Positions 1 to 12,900 of a stretch of DNA of 64,000 bases are shown here, piece by piece; the first letter of the stretch is position 1, and the number at the start of each line of letters is the position of its first letter. Below the pieces are notes generated by a model. The model was not told where the DNA came from. It saw nothing but the letters and a program-made list of their open reading frames with translations, and did not search any database. Where the stretch lies: assembly GCA_965153455.1 (NCBI GenBank), contig OZ234494.1, positions 6,696,001 to 6,760,000 of the forward strand. Direction: 5' to 3'. A program made the translations under genes and the position numbers. The DNA is from Sphagnum compactum. Its lineage: Eukaryota.

Positions 1-3000
1 GGTTTAAAATTTAATATGTTTGGCATTCAGTAACAAATCCCATAGGTTGTGAAAAATGAATTATGGAGGTTTTGATAAGCATGTTTTGCTTCAAAATGCA
101 AGCACAACACTAAATGGTGTGACCATGAGAGGTATAGTAATTGACTTGTGTTCTCATTAATTATGGCAATTGTGGTGCAAATTGTTTTAGAATTTGAAAG
201 TTGGACTATTGTTGAATCAACTTGGGTGTTGCATCAAGTGCAAGGTCCATTTGATTTCTTGCTTTCATAGAGTTGTGGAAGTTGCAACAACAATGTGCAA
301 ACAAATTTTTAAGTACACAAGAAAACATAATGTTGATTTTTTTTCATTTTCTGTGATTTTTTTCTTGTATTCCAATTGTGAAGAGGTGAATACCAAGAAG
401 TGGCAACACAAAGGAGATAGGGTCTCATAAACCACCTTGAAGAACATAATTGGCTCCATCAACTTTGATTTTGGTGTTTGTTGTATTTTCAGTTTGTTTT
501 TGTTTTGATGCAATCTTGTGGTGGCTCAACATTAGAGCAAGAGTTTACATCCTAGGTGTTTTTTTGCATGTTTTGTTTTGGACATTGTGTACAATGTTGA
601 AGTGGTTTTATTGTGTAGTTATTCTGGTTTGAAACTCTATTGCCAAATGTCAAAGTTGAAAGGGTTTGTGTAATGAAATGAGGTGAAGGAAGATGAAATG
701 AAGTGCATGAGATGAAGTGATATGTTGTTGTTGGAGCTCAAGGGTCTAGGTGTGTTGTTTTTCGATGCATACACTACTTTCAATTGAATTCAAACCCCAA
801 GGTAATTATTAGCATCAATTTTCATTTCTTGGGTGAAAGCACATTAAGGGTGAATCACTTTTCACCAAAAAAGGTGATGTATAATGAATATTATAGTACG
901 TAATAAGTTAAAATCTTGATAGTGTTCTTTGGCTAGGAATTTAAGCATGTTCAACGCTGAATATGGGATGCATATGAAAAAGAAGGGGTGTATAATGAAG
1001 TGTTGGAAGGGGCTAGAACTAAATTTATTCTTGAAAGAATGTGTCAAGATCTCACACATCAATATGTGCTCACAAACACAGCGTGTTTGGCACCATGGGT
1101 TTGGTAATTTACCATAACCCTTGAATATAACAAAAAGGGACTCACTTATGTGAAGTTAACACATGAAGCATATACACATTGAAATAAACACATCAATCAC
1201 GAATTTTCAATTAGTAATGGACTTTATAATCTTAGCAAAGCTGAGTGTCACAAACTATAATATCTTGGACATGGACTTTTATCTTACAATGTGTTTATGC
1301 AATGAATGTGAAACTTTGAGATATAAAATATTTGAAGTTTAAGACATTAAAGGTTCATTTAGTGACTGAAACATTGTTTTAACTTTTGTGTTCCATAACA
1401 TCAAATATGCAGCCTTTTGAAATATTTCACAAAGTCCATAAAGGCATAAAAAATGTTGATTTTCTTGATTTTGTTTTAAGGAAGACCTTTTTAATGGTCT
1501 TTAACATCGTGGCCCCAAAAACAAATTGGAAAAATTTGAATTTTTGGAATGAAAGTTACATGGTCAATTTTAAGCCAATTTCGAATACATTAGAAATGGA
1601 CTTTCAAAAGGGACTTTGATTTGCTAGTTTTGGTCCACTTTAATATGTTTTCACCTTGGAGTACTTTCAATTGTGTTGGGCTGCATCATTTGAGCAACCA
1701 CATTGTGGAAAGGCAATTGAAGACACAAGGTCTAACATGATGAAATGAGGGCCAATATATGAAAAAATCTAATTGTATGAAATGGATGCTGCAACAAGTC
1801 TACTAAGTTATTATCTCTTTACATTTCCAATACTTACCTTTAAATAGATATTGCAGTTGTTGATTATAGATAATATAATGACTCCACAGAAAAAGTTGTG
1901 ATTGTCATCATAGCAAAGGGGTTATTGATTTAAAGTATTGTTTGCACATCTGATTATTTATTTGTTGTTGGCCTTACATATTTGGAAGTTGCATATGAGG
2001 ACTATTTGTTTGCTACTACTGCCATTTTAGGGTGGTGTCTTTATTATTATTATGTATGTGGTTCTTTTTTTTCAATTTTCCAAAGGAAGAAATGCCATAA
2101 ACTGTAGAATGACAATAATAGTAACTTTCACAACAAGTACCAATTGTAAGGTCAAGGAGGAGCTATAAATTTTTTTATCCCATTATATAGGTGTACTCAA
2201 ACATTATTGTTGTAAGTCATGAGTGCTATGAATGGAGAAATTTTCAATTTTTTTTTGGTATCTAGGATCAACTAATGATACTCTACAGCAAATCTTGAGC
2301 TCGGCTTGTTTGGAAGTGAGGTCAATGGTGGTTATAACAATGGATGAAGAAAGCAGGTTTTCTATGATGGTTTATGGAAAGAAGGACATGGGTGAAGATG
2401 ATAAAGATGATCACACTGACGCCCACAATGACGAAACTTTTGGAGATATTCTTGCCCCACCTATTACAAGCACTAATGATAAACATTACAACATACTAAC
2501 AACACGTAAATGCAAATCATTTTTGTGTCAATATACATTGTTCCTTTTGCAATAGTTATAGCAAGGAGTGAGTCTGAGCAATTCAAACTCATTTACCTTT
2601 GGCTAGAAGATAGGGGTTTTTTCTCCTTTTCAGGATAATCATTAGAATAAATGCACCTCTTCAAGAAGGCACATTGGAAAACTTGACAGTTCTTTGTTTG
2701 ATTGTATATCTGCATCATTATTTTTACTTGAAGTGATTGCTTACTTGGTAGGTTTAATGGAAGTTATTCAATAATGTAATGGAAAATCCTAATTCAAGGT
2801 CTACACTGGTGCATTCTTTGTATGTCTTCATTTTTGTGGACCCTAATAGAAGTGCATTAGTAACAGTTACAATGGTTTCTAGTTTCTAGGGGCTAGCAAA
2901 GGATAAACTTGTCCTAACGTAAACTCGAAAACTACTATTAGCATGCTCCAAACATTAGGTTTATGGCTTTCCAACCTGTCTACCCATTGTTGGCAAGTTT

Positions 3001-3076
3001 GACACATTGTGTAGCATTCATGCGATGATGACCTTACACGTGTTTGATTTGATTAACCAATAGGCCAGGCTAGATG

Positions 3077-6000
3077 CACTACTAGAAATCTTGTCATTTG
3101 CAACCAAGCACTATGCAACTGGCTGTCGTTTGCAACTATCTCGATCATGTTTACAACTACAAATTTGGTATTGTATAATTTTTGGGCCATACGGTTGTGT
3201 GTGCAACTAACATGCAACTAAATGTGTATAATATGGACACGTGTCATAAAAAATAATGCCCTAAACTTATACACATTTAAATTACTATACTTAATATATC
3301 TACATAAGTTATATATAATAGTATTATGTACCTCTAGTACCAAGGTTAACCCCATGTTAACTTAAGCTAGCTTAAACTAACCTAGGCTAAATAAACAAAA
3401 AAGTTAAACTAACCATGGCTAAATTAAGTTAGGCTAAACTAATTATGGCTAATCTAAATTAAGCTAAATTAAATCAAATTAATTTAATAATGGCTAAATT
3501 AAGTTAAATTTAATTCATTATGGCTAAAATAGATTAAACTAAATTAAACTAGGTTAAATCAACCATATTTAAATTAAATTAGGCTAAATTAATTATGGCT
3601 AAATTAAATTAAGCTAAAATTAACCATGGCTAAACTTATTAAGCTAAAATAATTATGGCTAAATTAACTATGGTTAAATTAAGTTAGGCCAAACTAATCA
3701 TGACTAAATTAAATTAGATTATATTAATTATGGTTAAACTAAATTAAGCTAAATTAAAATAGGCTAAAATAAATATGGCTAAATTAAATTAAGACAAAAT
3801 AATTATGGCTAAATTAAATTATGATAAATTAAATTGAGCTAAACTAAACCATGGTTTAAATATGTATTACAAGTTTTCAAGTTTTATGTGCCAAATATAT
3901 TTAAATATTTGTTTTGGCAAGTAAAATTTTTTTATTTTATTTTATTTGGAATATTTTTCAGAAAATATAAATTGGATTAAACAAAAAAATTATTCAGAAT
4001 CAATTAATATGATAATATTAATTTTTAAATTAATAATCATAATTATTAATTAAACATTTATTATAATTACACTGATAATCAGTTATATTTATTTTATATT
4101 TATTTATATATTCAATAGGTATTATATATTTAAAATTTATTATTTATGTTTAAATATTAATGTAAATAGGCTACACTAATTAACCTACAAGTACACAAAC
4201 ATCCTAAGCTAATTACTAGTTTAAGCTAGATAATAATAGTAAAAGCATATTTTCATTAAGTAATCATAATTATTAAAAATATCCTATAATCATCTTTGAA
4301 GTGCAAAAGAAAAGGAGTAATGAAAAATTAACAAGAAGAAAATTAAGAAAAATATGCTTTCCAAGTTACAAAACATTTATTTTCTTCTTTGGACCCCTCC
4401 TACTTTCAAACGTCATAACTTTCTTATATGTTGTTCATTTTAGACGATTTAAAGTGTTATAGGAACATCACCTGAAGTTCTACAAATCATGTTGGAACTC
4501 TAATAGCAAAAAAACAACATAAAAGGAACTTTTTGAGTGTTTAAGAACTAGCCTTTGTAGTGTTCAATGGTTTTTTTTGGAATTCTTGACCCCCTTTACT
4601 TTGGGGGGCCATAACTTTCTCTTTTTTAGTCCGTGTTTTACAATTCTTAATGTGTTAGATGCATCAAGAGGAGGGCTTCAAGTTTTGTTTGGACACCAGA
4701 AGCAACAAAGCTCTCCCCTGGCTAGTATACTCTAATATAATAGTTACATCTAATGTGCAACTCAGTTGGTTCATGAGGTTTGCAACAGAATTTTTTATCC
4801 TATATCCTTTGGCTTCCAATTCTATTTGGCTCAATATATAACTAGGAGCAATAGCTATGTAGTAGCCAAATATTAAGTGCCATTGGGGACAAATGAATAA
4901 AAAAAAATTGACCTTTATGAAATGGTTAAACCTAAAAATAAAATCGGATTATTCTAAACCTACCTATATAGCCTCAACCTAGATACTTTTCAACCTATTA
5001 ACATACCTAAATAAACCTACCTACCTAATAGGGTTTAATTATTACCTACCTACCTAGGCACCACGTGTCAACATCTTAATAACCATAAATTTGATGACTA
5101 GATTTCAATAATTAATATTTAAAAATTTAAAAATAGGTGGGCCTTGATTGTCATGTGTTAGCATAATTGGTGTTAAACATGTGTCAAATGGTCAATGAAC
5201 GTTCCATGGTGTGCAACGTGTCATCATCATATTGGCAAAAAATTTAATGATTGAAATTAATCCAATATTTTTTTAATTTTGAAAACACAAAAATAATTAA
5301 ATAGTGACACGTGTCCACAAACTAGTTGTCCAATTTTTAAACACATGTCATATTTTGATGAGTTACATTATAGTTGCAAGGAGAGTTGCACCTAAGGTGC
5401 AACTACATTTGGATTAGTATGTATGGATGAACATGTATTTTAACACCATATATACATGTTGCATACGTAGTGTTGCATGCAACTGAATGCCATGTGCAAC
5501 TTGTTTTAACCAACTACACAAATTTGCAGTCACATGTGTCACATGTAACTGAAATTTAGTTGCAAACGATAGTTGCAAAATCAAAAATTTTTACTAATGA
5601 TGTTACCATACTACAACTAGCCTTATTATAATAGAGGCCAATGGGTAAATTGCAAGCAAAAAACTAGCTGGTTACCTAGGTATCGAACCTTAGGGGAAGG
5701 TTTGGGTAACCTAATTTGACCTAGTTAGAAGGTGATGGCCTCCAAAAATGAGACAGTGGCCCTAAGAAAGATAAAAGAGCCATTCAATCATATGTATTTT
5801 GCAAACTGCATATCTCTTTATTATTATTTCTTTTTTCTTCTTTTTTTCCCACTTGGTGGCTAGGAACATTTGGACTTGTTTTTAAGGTTTGGTAAGGTTT
5901 TTACCAAGCTTACATAATGTGGTTTCTATTGGCAAGGCATTTGGTTTTTCAAGTGAGGATGTCAAATTGGTTATTGAATGGGTTATGACATCCTACTAGT

Positions 6001-6662
6001 AGTATTATCCCAAAAGCCTTATAGGCAATAATTTCCAATATGGTCTACGTGATTGGTTTCATTTCATGCAACTACCTATATCATCCAAACTCGTGTATTT
6101 AGCAACGCTTGCAATAATATATACCCTAATAACCAAGTATGTTTTTGTACAAAAAAAAAATCCTATGACAATAGGGGCTGCAACTACTTGATCTACTATA
6201 ACACCCTAGATGCATAGATATATTTGGAATATATCTTAATATAAGTGGATTATATTTGAAAGTACATTTACAAAACTTCAATAAATTGTAAAACCTTAAT
6301 ACAATTTTAATACAAATATTTAAAAACATCCTTAATATATTCAAAATATAATTTTAATACACCCCTAAAAATGTACTTTCAATATACCTTTGAAATACTC
6401 CTATTACAACTATGAAACATTACTTGCAATTAATTTTTAGATTGGAAAGCGACTTTTGGGATTTAATAGCTTGTTCTTGGATGAAATTTTAAATAAAACC
6501 CATTCATATTGAAGGATGAAGCTCTTAATAATCGCAATGTGGTCACAAGATAGTTGCAAAATTTTAAAGGATTGTTATTAATTGCAAAAATAGTGGCAAA
6601 TTACACATAGTCGCATGTAGTCGCAAAATTATTGGTTGCAAAATACAAGTTTTCTAGTAGTG
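3077..6662. mobile_element. Non-autonomous CACTA (EnSpm)-type DNA transposon (possibly a composite of two)
   Basis: Left end cactactagaaatcttgtcatttgcaaccaa (3077) is the reverse complement of the right end ttggttgcaaaatacaagttttctagtagtg (ends 6662), about 28/31 identical. Many subterminal tgcaacta / tagttgca repeats lie in opposite orientations. The 3-bp flanks (atg / agc) do not match, so there is no intact TSD. Confidence 0.7.
3340..3855. repeat. AT-rich minisatellite built from aattaagctaaattaattatggct-like units (~25 bp, 5-10 bp subunits)
   Basis: Directly visible reiteration of tatggctaaatt / aagctaaatt motifs. Confidence 0.85.
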
Positions 6663-8109
6663 AGCAAATTCTAGTTTTTAATGGTATGGCTCAGTTTTAT
6701 AGATGGCACCAATTACAAAGCTGATGACGAAGACATAACCCTTTATCTGGACCACAGAATGTTGAGAAGCCTGGGATCAGATCAAGTAGAAATGGAAGCA
6801 CCAATTATGATACTTCCAAATTGGCAGCTAGAGTTTCATGTGCACACAATGCATCTTTACTGGCGATAAGTGCAATGTTAGCACAGAATCCAATTGGTAA
6901 GTATAACTAGCCTATAATATATGCCTCTAAATTGCTAAATTAAACAAAGTAGAATTATACTACTATAAAGAGAGAAGCCTTAGCAATGGTTTATGCTCTT
7001 CATAAGTTTAGACATTTTTTGTTGGGAAATAAATTTGTTTTTTATGTAGATCACATGGTTTTTTTATATCTAGTCAACAAACCATAAGTGTCTAGAAGGA
7101 TAACCAAATGGTTGTTGTTATTTTTAGAATATGAATGCACAATAGTCTACAAGCTTGGTAAAACACATGTTGTAGTTGATGTTTTATCCAAATTACTAGA
7201 TAGCTAAGAACCATTGGGAGTCCAAGATCAAACTGTAAATGCATCACTATTTTTTGTAGAACCTATATGGATGCAAGAAGTGAAGAGCTATTTAAAGATA
7301 GGTCAAATGCTAGAAACTTTGAAGTTAATTCGAAAACAGAAGTTAGTTAGAAAGGTAAACCCTTTACTATGAAAGAAGGAAAAATGTACAAAGTGGGACA
7401 AAACAATAGATTGCACAAATGTTTGATTACCTCAAAAGCATAGATTGTTCTTAAGGAACTACATGAAGGAGTGGCAGGAAAACATTTTGCTATAGATACT
7501 ATTGTAAAGAAAATTTTGGATGCAGGTTATTGGTGGCCAACTCTATTCAAAGATACTCATGAATTTTGCAAAAGTTGTGACAACTGTCAAAAAATTGTAG
7601 GACTGAAAACAAAAAGTCTGACCAAATTAGTAACAACATTTCTAGAAAAACCATTTATGAATGGGGTCTAGATTTTATAAGTCCAATTAAACCAACAAGA
7701 GGACTAGCAAGCAGATATATTTTGGTAGCTACAGATTATGCAACAAAGTGGGTAGAAGCAAAGGCACTTAGAACCAATACTACAATAGTCATAACCAAAT
7801 TTCTATATGAGTATATTCTTACCAGATTTGGATGTCCTTTGACCATAGTCATAGATCAAGGAGTATAATTCATCAATGATAAAATCAAACATTTGACAAA
7901 ATAGTTTTTGTCTATTACATACCCACAGGGAAATGGATAAGCAGAATCTACTAACAAAGTTATTAATAGATTACTGACCAAGTTAGTTAATGAGAAGATA
8001 ACAAACTGGGATGAACATCTATCCACAGTTTTATTTTCATACAAAATAGTTTACAAGGTGGCAATAGGATACACACGTTACTAGTTAGTTTATGGTTTGC
8101 ATCCTCTAA
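6663..8109 (+). mobile_element. Degraded Ty3/Gypsy pol remnant (end of RT, RNase H, integrase), cut by a nested insertion
   Basis: Translates, with stops and frameshifts, to QILVFNGMAQFYR (RT end), PNWQLEFHVHT..YAS..NYTT..REALAMVYALHKFRHFLLG (RNase H), [21 protein letters not shown] (integrase Zn finger) and [33 protein letters not shown] (integrase core). It stops abruptly at YGLHPL at 8109. Confidence 0.9.
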
Positions 8110-8929
8110 TGACGCGCTCCCAAGTTCCTTGTTCGACCCAAGTTGGGTCCAAAGAAGTCAAACAGCGAAATTGTTTGGAACTCGGGGCACGCTCCCAACT
8201 TCCAGCACTAAAAGGGGTAGAAGGCATGCTAAAGCTCCGGGATTAGACAAGGGCAAGGGACAAGCTTTACTTAGTTACTCGAACCTACATCAAAGCAACC
8301 AACAAGTTGGTTAGTTCACATTCGGAAGCACTTTCAGTGCTAGGACAAGCCACGGGCGACCTTGGACTCACATGACTCACCACGGCCTGGACTCGGGGGA
8401 AGCCACCACCTTCCCCCATATAGTATTCTCTGCGTTACTCCGTGGCACCTACATCCAAATGGCTTTTTTTCCCAAGATTCCCAAGGAGGAGTCCCGAAAC
8501 TGTCCTGGTTTGGACTCCCGGGACTTTGGGAGTTCATAACTCCTTGCTCAAACCTCCGATTGAGATGAGGTCTAAAGCAAACTTGTAGCTCTCCTCAAGA
8601 GCTTTTCAATGGTGTGTCGCACTCCACCTGCACACACCGGGGTCGAGTCAATTCCTGACTTTTAGCAATTGGAAGTCAAACTGCCAATTTGACTCCTGGC
8701 CTTTCTTTTGTCCATAACTTGTGCTACAAATGTCCGAACGACTCATGCGAGGCCATTTTCGACATCTACATTTCAAGACCTTTCCAATGGTATAACGAGC
8801 ACTTCAAGGCAAGGTGTTTTGACCCCTGCAATCAAACTCTGAGTCTTTGGGAGTCCCGGAGGACTCCCAAGTCCTCACTTCAGGAGTGTGAGTGTCATCC
8901 TCACACTCTTTCAAAGTGGGGTTGCGACA
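8110..8929 (-). repeat. 3' LTR (~820 bp) of the chromodomain Gypsy element
   Basis: On the - strand it begins TGTCGCAACC (8929) and ends GCGCGTCA (8110), giving TG...CA termini. It is immediately preceded on the - strand by the polypurine tract GGGGGAGAG (8930-8938). Confidence 0.85.
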
Positions 8930-9721
8930 CTCTCCCCCATTAGAAGAAAAGGTTAATGTCCCCATTGACACTTAGAATTTCTTTCACAATTGCAATTGCT
9001 TTCTTTTGGATCCTTGGCCATCACTTGCCGACCTTTGCGGCTGGACCTTGCCTCAAGCTAACTTAAGCGTCCCCAAGTTTCCAACATTTTCTTGACAAGT
9101 CCAGGAGGGTCTCGTGGAAAACCCTCTTCCAACGTTTCGTCAAAAAGACCTAAACTAGCCTAATTGACGAAGCCTTCATTTGGGAGGAAACTATTCCATC
9201 CTTCCCCTCATGCGGAACTCAAGTCAAGTCTAACCTTGACCTAAGCTACTTGACATGACTATTTTCCCAACCTTGCGCCTTGATCACAACAATCAAGCCT
9301 TAACTAAAAGGTATGCTTATCATGGTACGAGAAGCGACATTTGGGTTTTGCAAAAACCCAAGTCCCAAACTACACGATTAAAGTACGCGAACGGGGTCAT
9401 GACTTCCCGCGTTGGCCGCCACTACTAACCAACCCTTTGGGATGCACTTAAAGCTTGTGCATGTCCCCGCAAGCTCACCTTGCTTGCCTCCTCTTTTGGG
9501 GCCAAGGTTTCTCTCAACCCCAAAGTAGGAGTCCAATTTTGATTTGGGCCTACGCAAGAAAGTTCCATTTCTGCAATGCCAACTTGACAACCCTATTTGC
9601 ACTTACACATTATTTTCGTGATACAATCTCTAAGAAGTTTTTTAACCTTTATTTCACTTGCAACTTGATGTGGTACATTTATGTGACTCCCTGCCCCACT
9701 AAAAGAAAGGTGATGTCCTCA

Positions 9722-9928
9722 TCACGTTCTACGCCTCTTTTTCTTTGCCGGTCTAGTGTGGAATTCCTCTATGGCTTCTTGGGCATGTTCCATATCGGAT
9801 TCATTTACCCAAGATGCCTCTATTGGATGGTATCCTTTCCACTTAACTAAGTATTCCCGCTTTCGTCCTCTTAGTTGCCTTGACTTGAGCACGGCCTTCA
9901 CCTCAAACTCTGGTTCATTATGAACCAA
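9722..9928 (-). pseudogene. Chromodomain at the integrase C-terminus of the retrotransposon
   Basis: EFEVKAVLKSR..REYLVKWKGYHPIEASWVNESDM matches the chromodomain pattern (Y/F-E-V..YLVKWKGY..SWE/V). Confidence 0.9.
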
Positions 9929-12900
9929 GTCTGGTGGGGCCTTGAGTTGTACTCTCGATTAGGCCTTGAGGCATTACGGTTCCACCTCAAACTCTGGTTC
10001 ATTATGAACCAAGTTTGGTGGGGGCCTTGAGTTGTGCTCTCAATTAGGCCTTGAAGCATCGCGGTTGACCGGCTTCAAAAGAGAAACATGAAATGTGGGG
10101 TGAACTCTAAGATTTTTCGGTAGTTCTAACATGTAAGTGTCAGAAAGTTTCTTTTCCAACACTTTGAATAGACCCGCATATGGTCCCAAGAACTTGTGAC
10201 TCAAGCCTTCTGGGAATCAAAAATTCTTGATGTTCAACCACACTTCATCCCCTTCTTGAAACTTCACCTCTCGTCGGGATTTGTTCGCAAAATCTTTGTA
10301 CTGCATGTGCGCCTTTTCCAAGTTGGCCTTGCCAACTCTCGCAAGCGCCGCCTTTCTTCATCAAGTTGTGTGACCATTGGCACTTCCTCACTTGCATCAC
10401 TTGGGGGTTGTCCATGTGCTGCCCAAGTCATGGGCACAATTGGTGACTTGCCCGTCACCATTTGAAAGGGGGTGCACCCAGTTGCGGAATGTTCCGAGTT
10501 GTTGTAACAAAACTCGGCTAACTCCAAATGGTCCACCCAATCTTGTTGGTCCCCCCCCACATAATTCCTTAGGAATTGTTGGATAACCAAGTTCACTCTC
10601 TCGGTTTGTCCATCCGTTTGGGGCCGGAAGGAAATGCTCATCTTGAGCTCTGACCCCATGCGCTTCCATAAGGCTTGCCAAAACTTACTTGTGAACTTTG
10701 GGTCTCGATCCGAGACTATGTCCTTTGGGAGGCCATGATGCTTGAAAACATGTGTGAAGAATAACCTACCTGTCTCTTGGGCCGTGGCCTCATCCTTTGT
10801 GAGAATGAAGTGTGCCATCTTGCTAAATCGATCCACCACCACCATGATGGCATCAAAACCCCTTGGGGGCAAGCTTACCATGAAATCCATGGACACTTTC
10901 CCACGGCCCTTCGGGAATCGGCAAAGGTTGTAACAAGCCCGCTTGCTTTTTGTTAAATGTTCGGTTTTGTTGGCAAGTCAAGCAAGTCTTCACATACTCC
11001 TCCGCACTGTCTTTCAAGTTGGGCCAATAATAGGACTTCTTGAAGAATGTTGTGGTGCGCTTTGCACCACCATGGCCCGCAAGCGGCCCATCATGACATT
11101 CCTTCAAGAAGGTGTCCCTCATCTTCCCTTTCGACACATAGAGTCAATTTTGTTTGTACCACAATAGTCCATTTCGCAAATGGAAGTGGGACTTGGCTCC
11201 ATTTTGAATGTTTTGCCTCACCTCTTTGGCAAATTCATCTCGACGGCTTGCTAGTCAAACTTCCTTTTGGAGTTCCGTTTCTCCCGCATACACCACTTTG
11301 AGTTGGTGTTTCCGGCTCAATGCATCGGGCACTATGTTCTCCTTCCCGGGCTTGTGCCGGATGTCCACATTGAACAATGCTAATGTCTTGCCATCTCACT
11401 TGTTTTGATGACAACTTGGGTTGAGTGGCAAAGTACTTCAAGGTCACATTGTTGGTCCACACCACCACATCCTTGAAGCCTATGTAATGGCCCCAAGTCT
11501 TGAGACAATGTATGACGGCCCACATTTCCTTCTCGTGTGTTGGCCACCTTCGCTCCGTCTCACTCAACTTCTTGCTTTCAAATGCCACCAATCTTCCTTC
11601 TTGCACTAGGACTCCTCCAATTGCAAAGTCGGAGGCATCGGAGTGGATCTCAAAATCCTTGTAAAAGTCGGGTAACTTCAACACTAGCGCTTTCACCAAA
11701 ATGCCCTTCAAGGTCTCAAAGGCCTCGTCACATGCTCCTTCCCATTCGTAAGTTACAACGGACTTCTTCAAGAGGTTTGTCAAGGGTGCGACGATCTTTG
11801 CGAAGTTCTTGATGAACTTACGATAATGGGAGGCCAATCCTAGAAAGGATCTTAAGGCCAGGACCGACTTAGGCGGTTCCCAATCCACAATTGCCTTGAC
11901 CTTGTGATCATCCATCTTCAAACCTTCTTGAGTTATCCTATGTCCAAGGAAGTCTACTTCCGTCACCCCGAATTCGCACTTCTCAAGCTTGGCATACAAC
12001 TTGTTTTCCTTTAGCCTTTGGAACACCTTCCGGAGATGCTCCACATGCTCCTCCAAGGAGCCACTATAGATCAAAATGTTGTCTATGTAGACGACCACAA
12101 AGTCATCAAGCCATTCCCGAAAAATGTCATTCATGAGAGTGCAAAATGTGGCGGGTGCATTGGGGAGCCCAAAGGGCATCACCAAGAACTCATATGAGCC
12201 ATACCTTGTGCGGCAAGCAGTCTTTTCTTCGTCCCCTTCCGCAATCTGAATTTGGTAATACCCCGAACGTAAGTCAATCCTACTAAACACCTTGGCTCCC
12301 GAGAGACGATCAAATAGATCATCGATTCGAGGCAAAGGATACTGGTTCTTCACCGTTGTCTTGTTGAGGGCTCTATAATCCACACACATCCTCAACGTCC
12401 CATCTTTCTTGTGAACAAAAAGGACAGGTGCCCCATATGGTGATTTACTCGGTTTGATATAACCTTTTGCGAAGAGTTCTTCAAGCTGAACCTTAAGCTC
12501 TTTCAACTCCTCATGGCTCATTCGATATGGGGCCTTGGCGAGAGGTGCCACTCCCAACATCACCTCAATCGCATGATCAACTCGTCTTTTTGGGGGCAGG
12601 TCTTCGGGCAACTCTTCGGGCATCACATCTGGGAACTCTTCCAAAACTTGTTTTATGCACTTGGAGGGAGTCACCAAATTGGTAGCTTCCTTGGGCTCAA
12701 ATTCGTCCAACACCCGCATCACACACATCATGCCATAACCTCCCATGCATTCTCTTTCTCAGGTTTTTCCTAACATAAAGTGGATAGTCGATCCACCCAC
12801 ACAAGGCACTTCGTGTGCTTTCACCTTCACGATCCCGCTTTTAGACAGGATTCTAACTAGCCTATTGTGCCCCTCTATGAGCACATTATTTTGGGTGATG

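Noticed and set aside
1..2900. Short ORFs and coding-like patches (e.g. 2232-2555)
   Set aside because: They are riddled with stops and I recognised no domain. Probably decayed transposon or pseudogene sequence that I cannot assign.
8129..9850. Several 60-130 aa ORFs on both strands
   Set aside because: They lie within the LTR and 3' UTR of the retrotransposon or antisense to the chromodomain, and carry no protein motifs.
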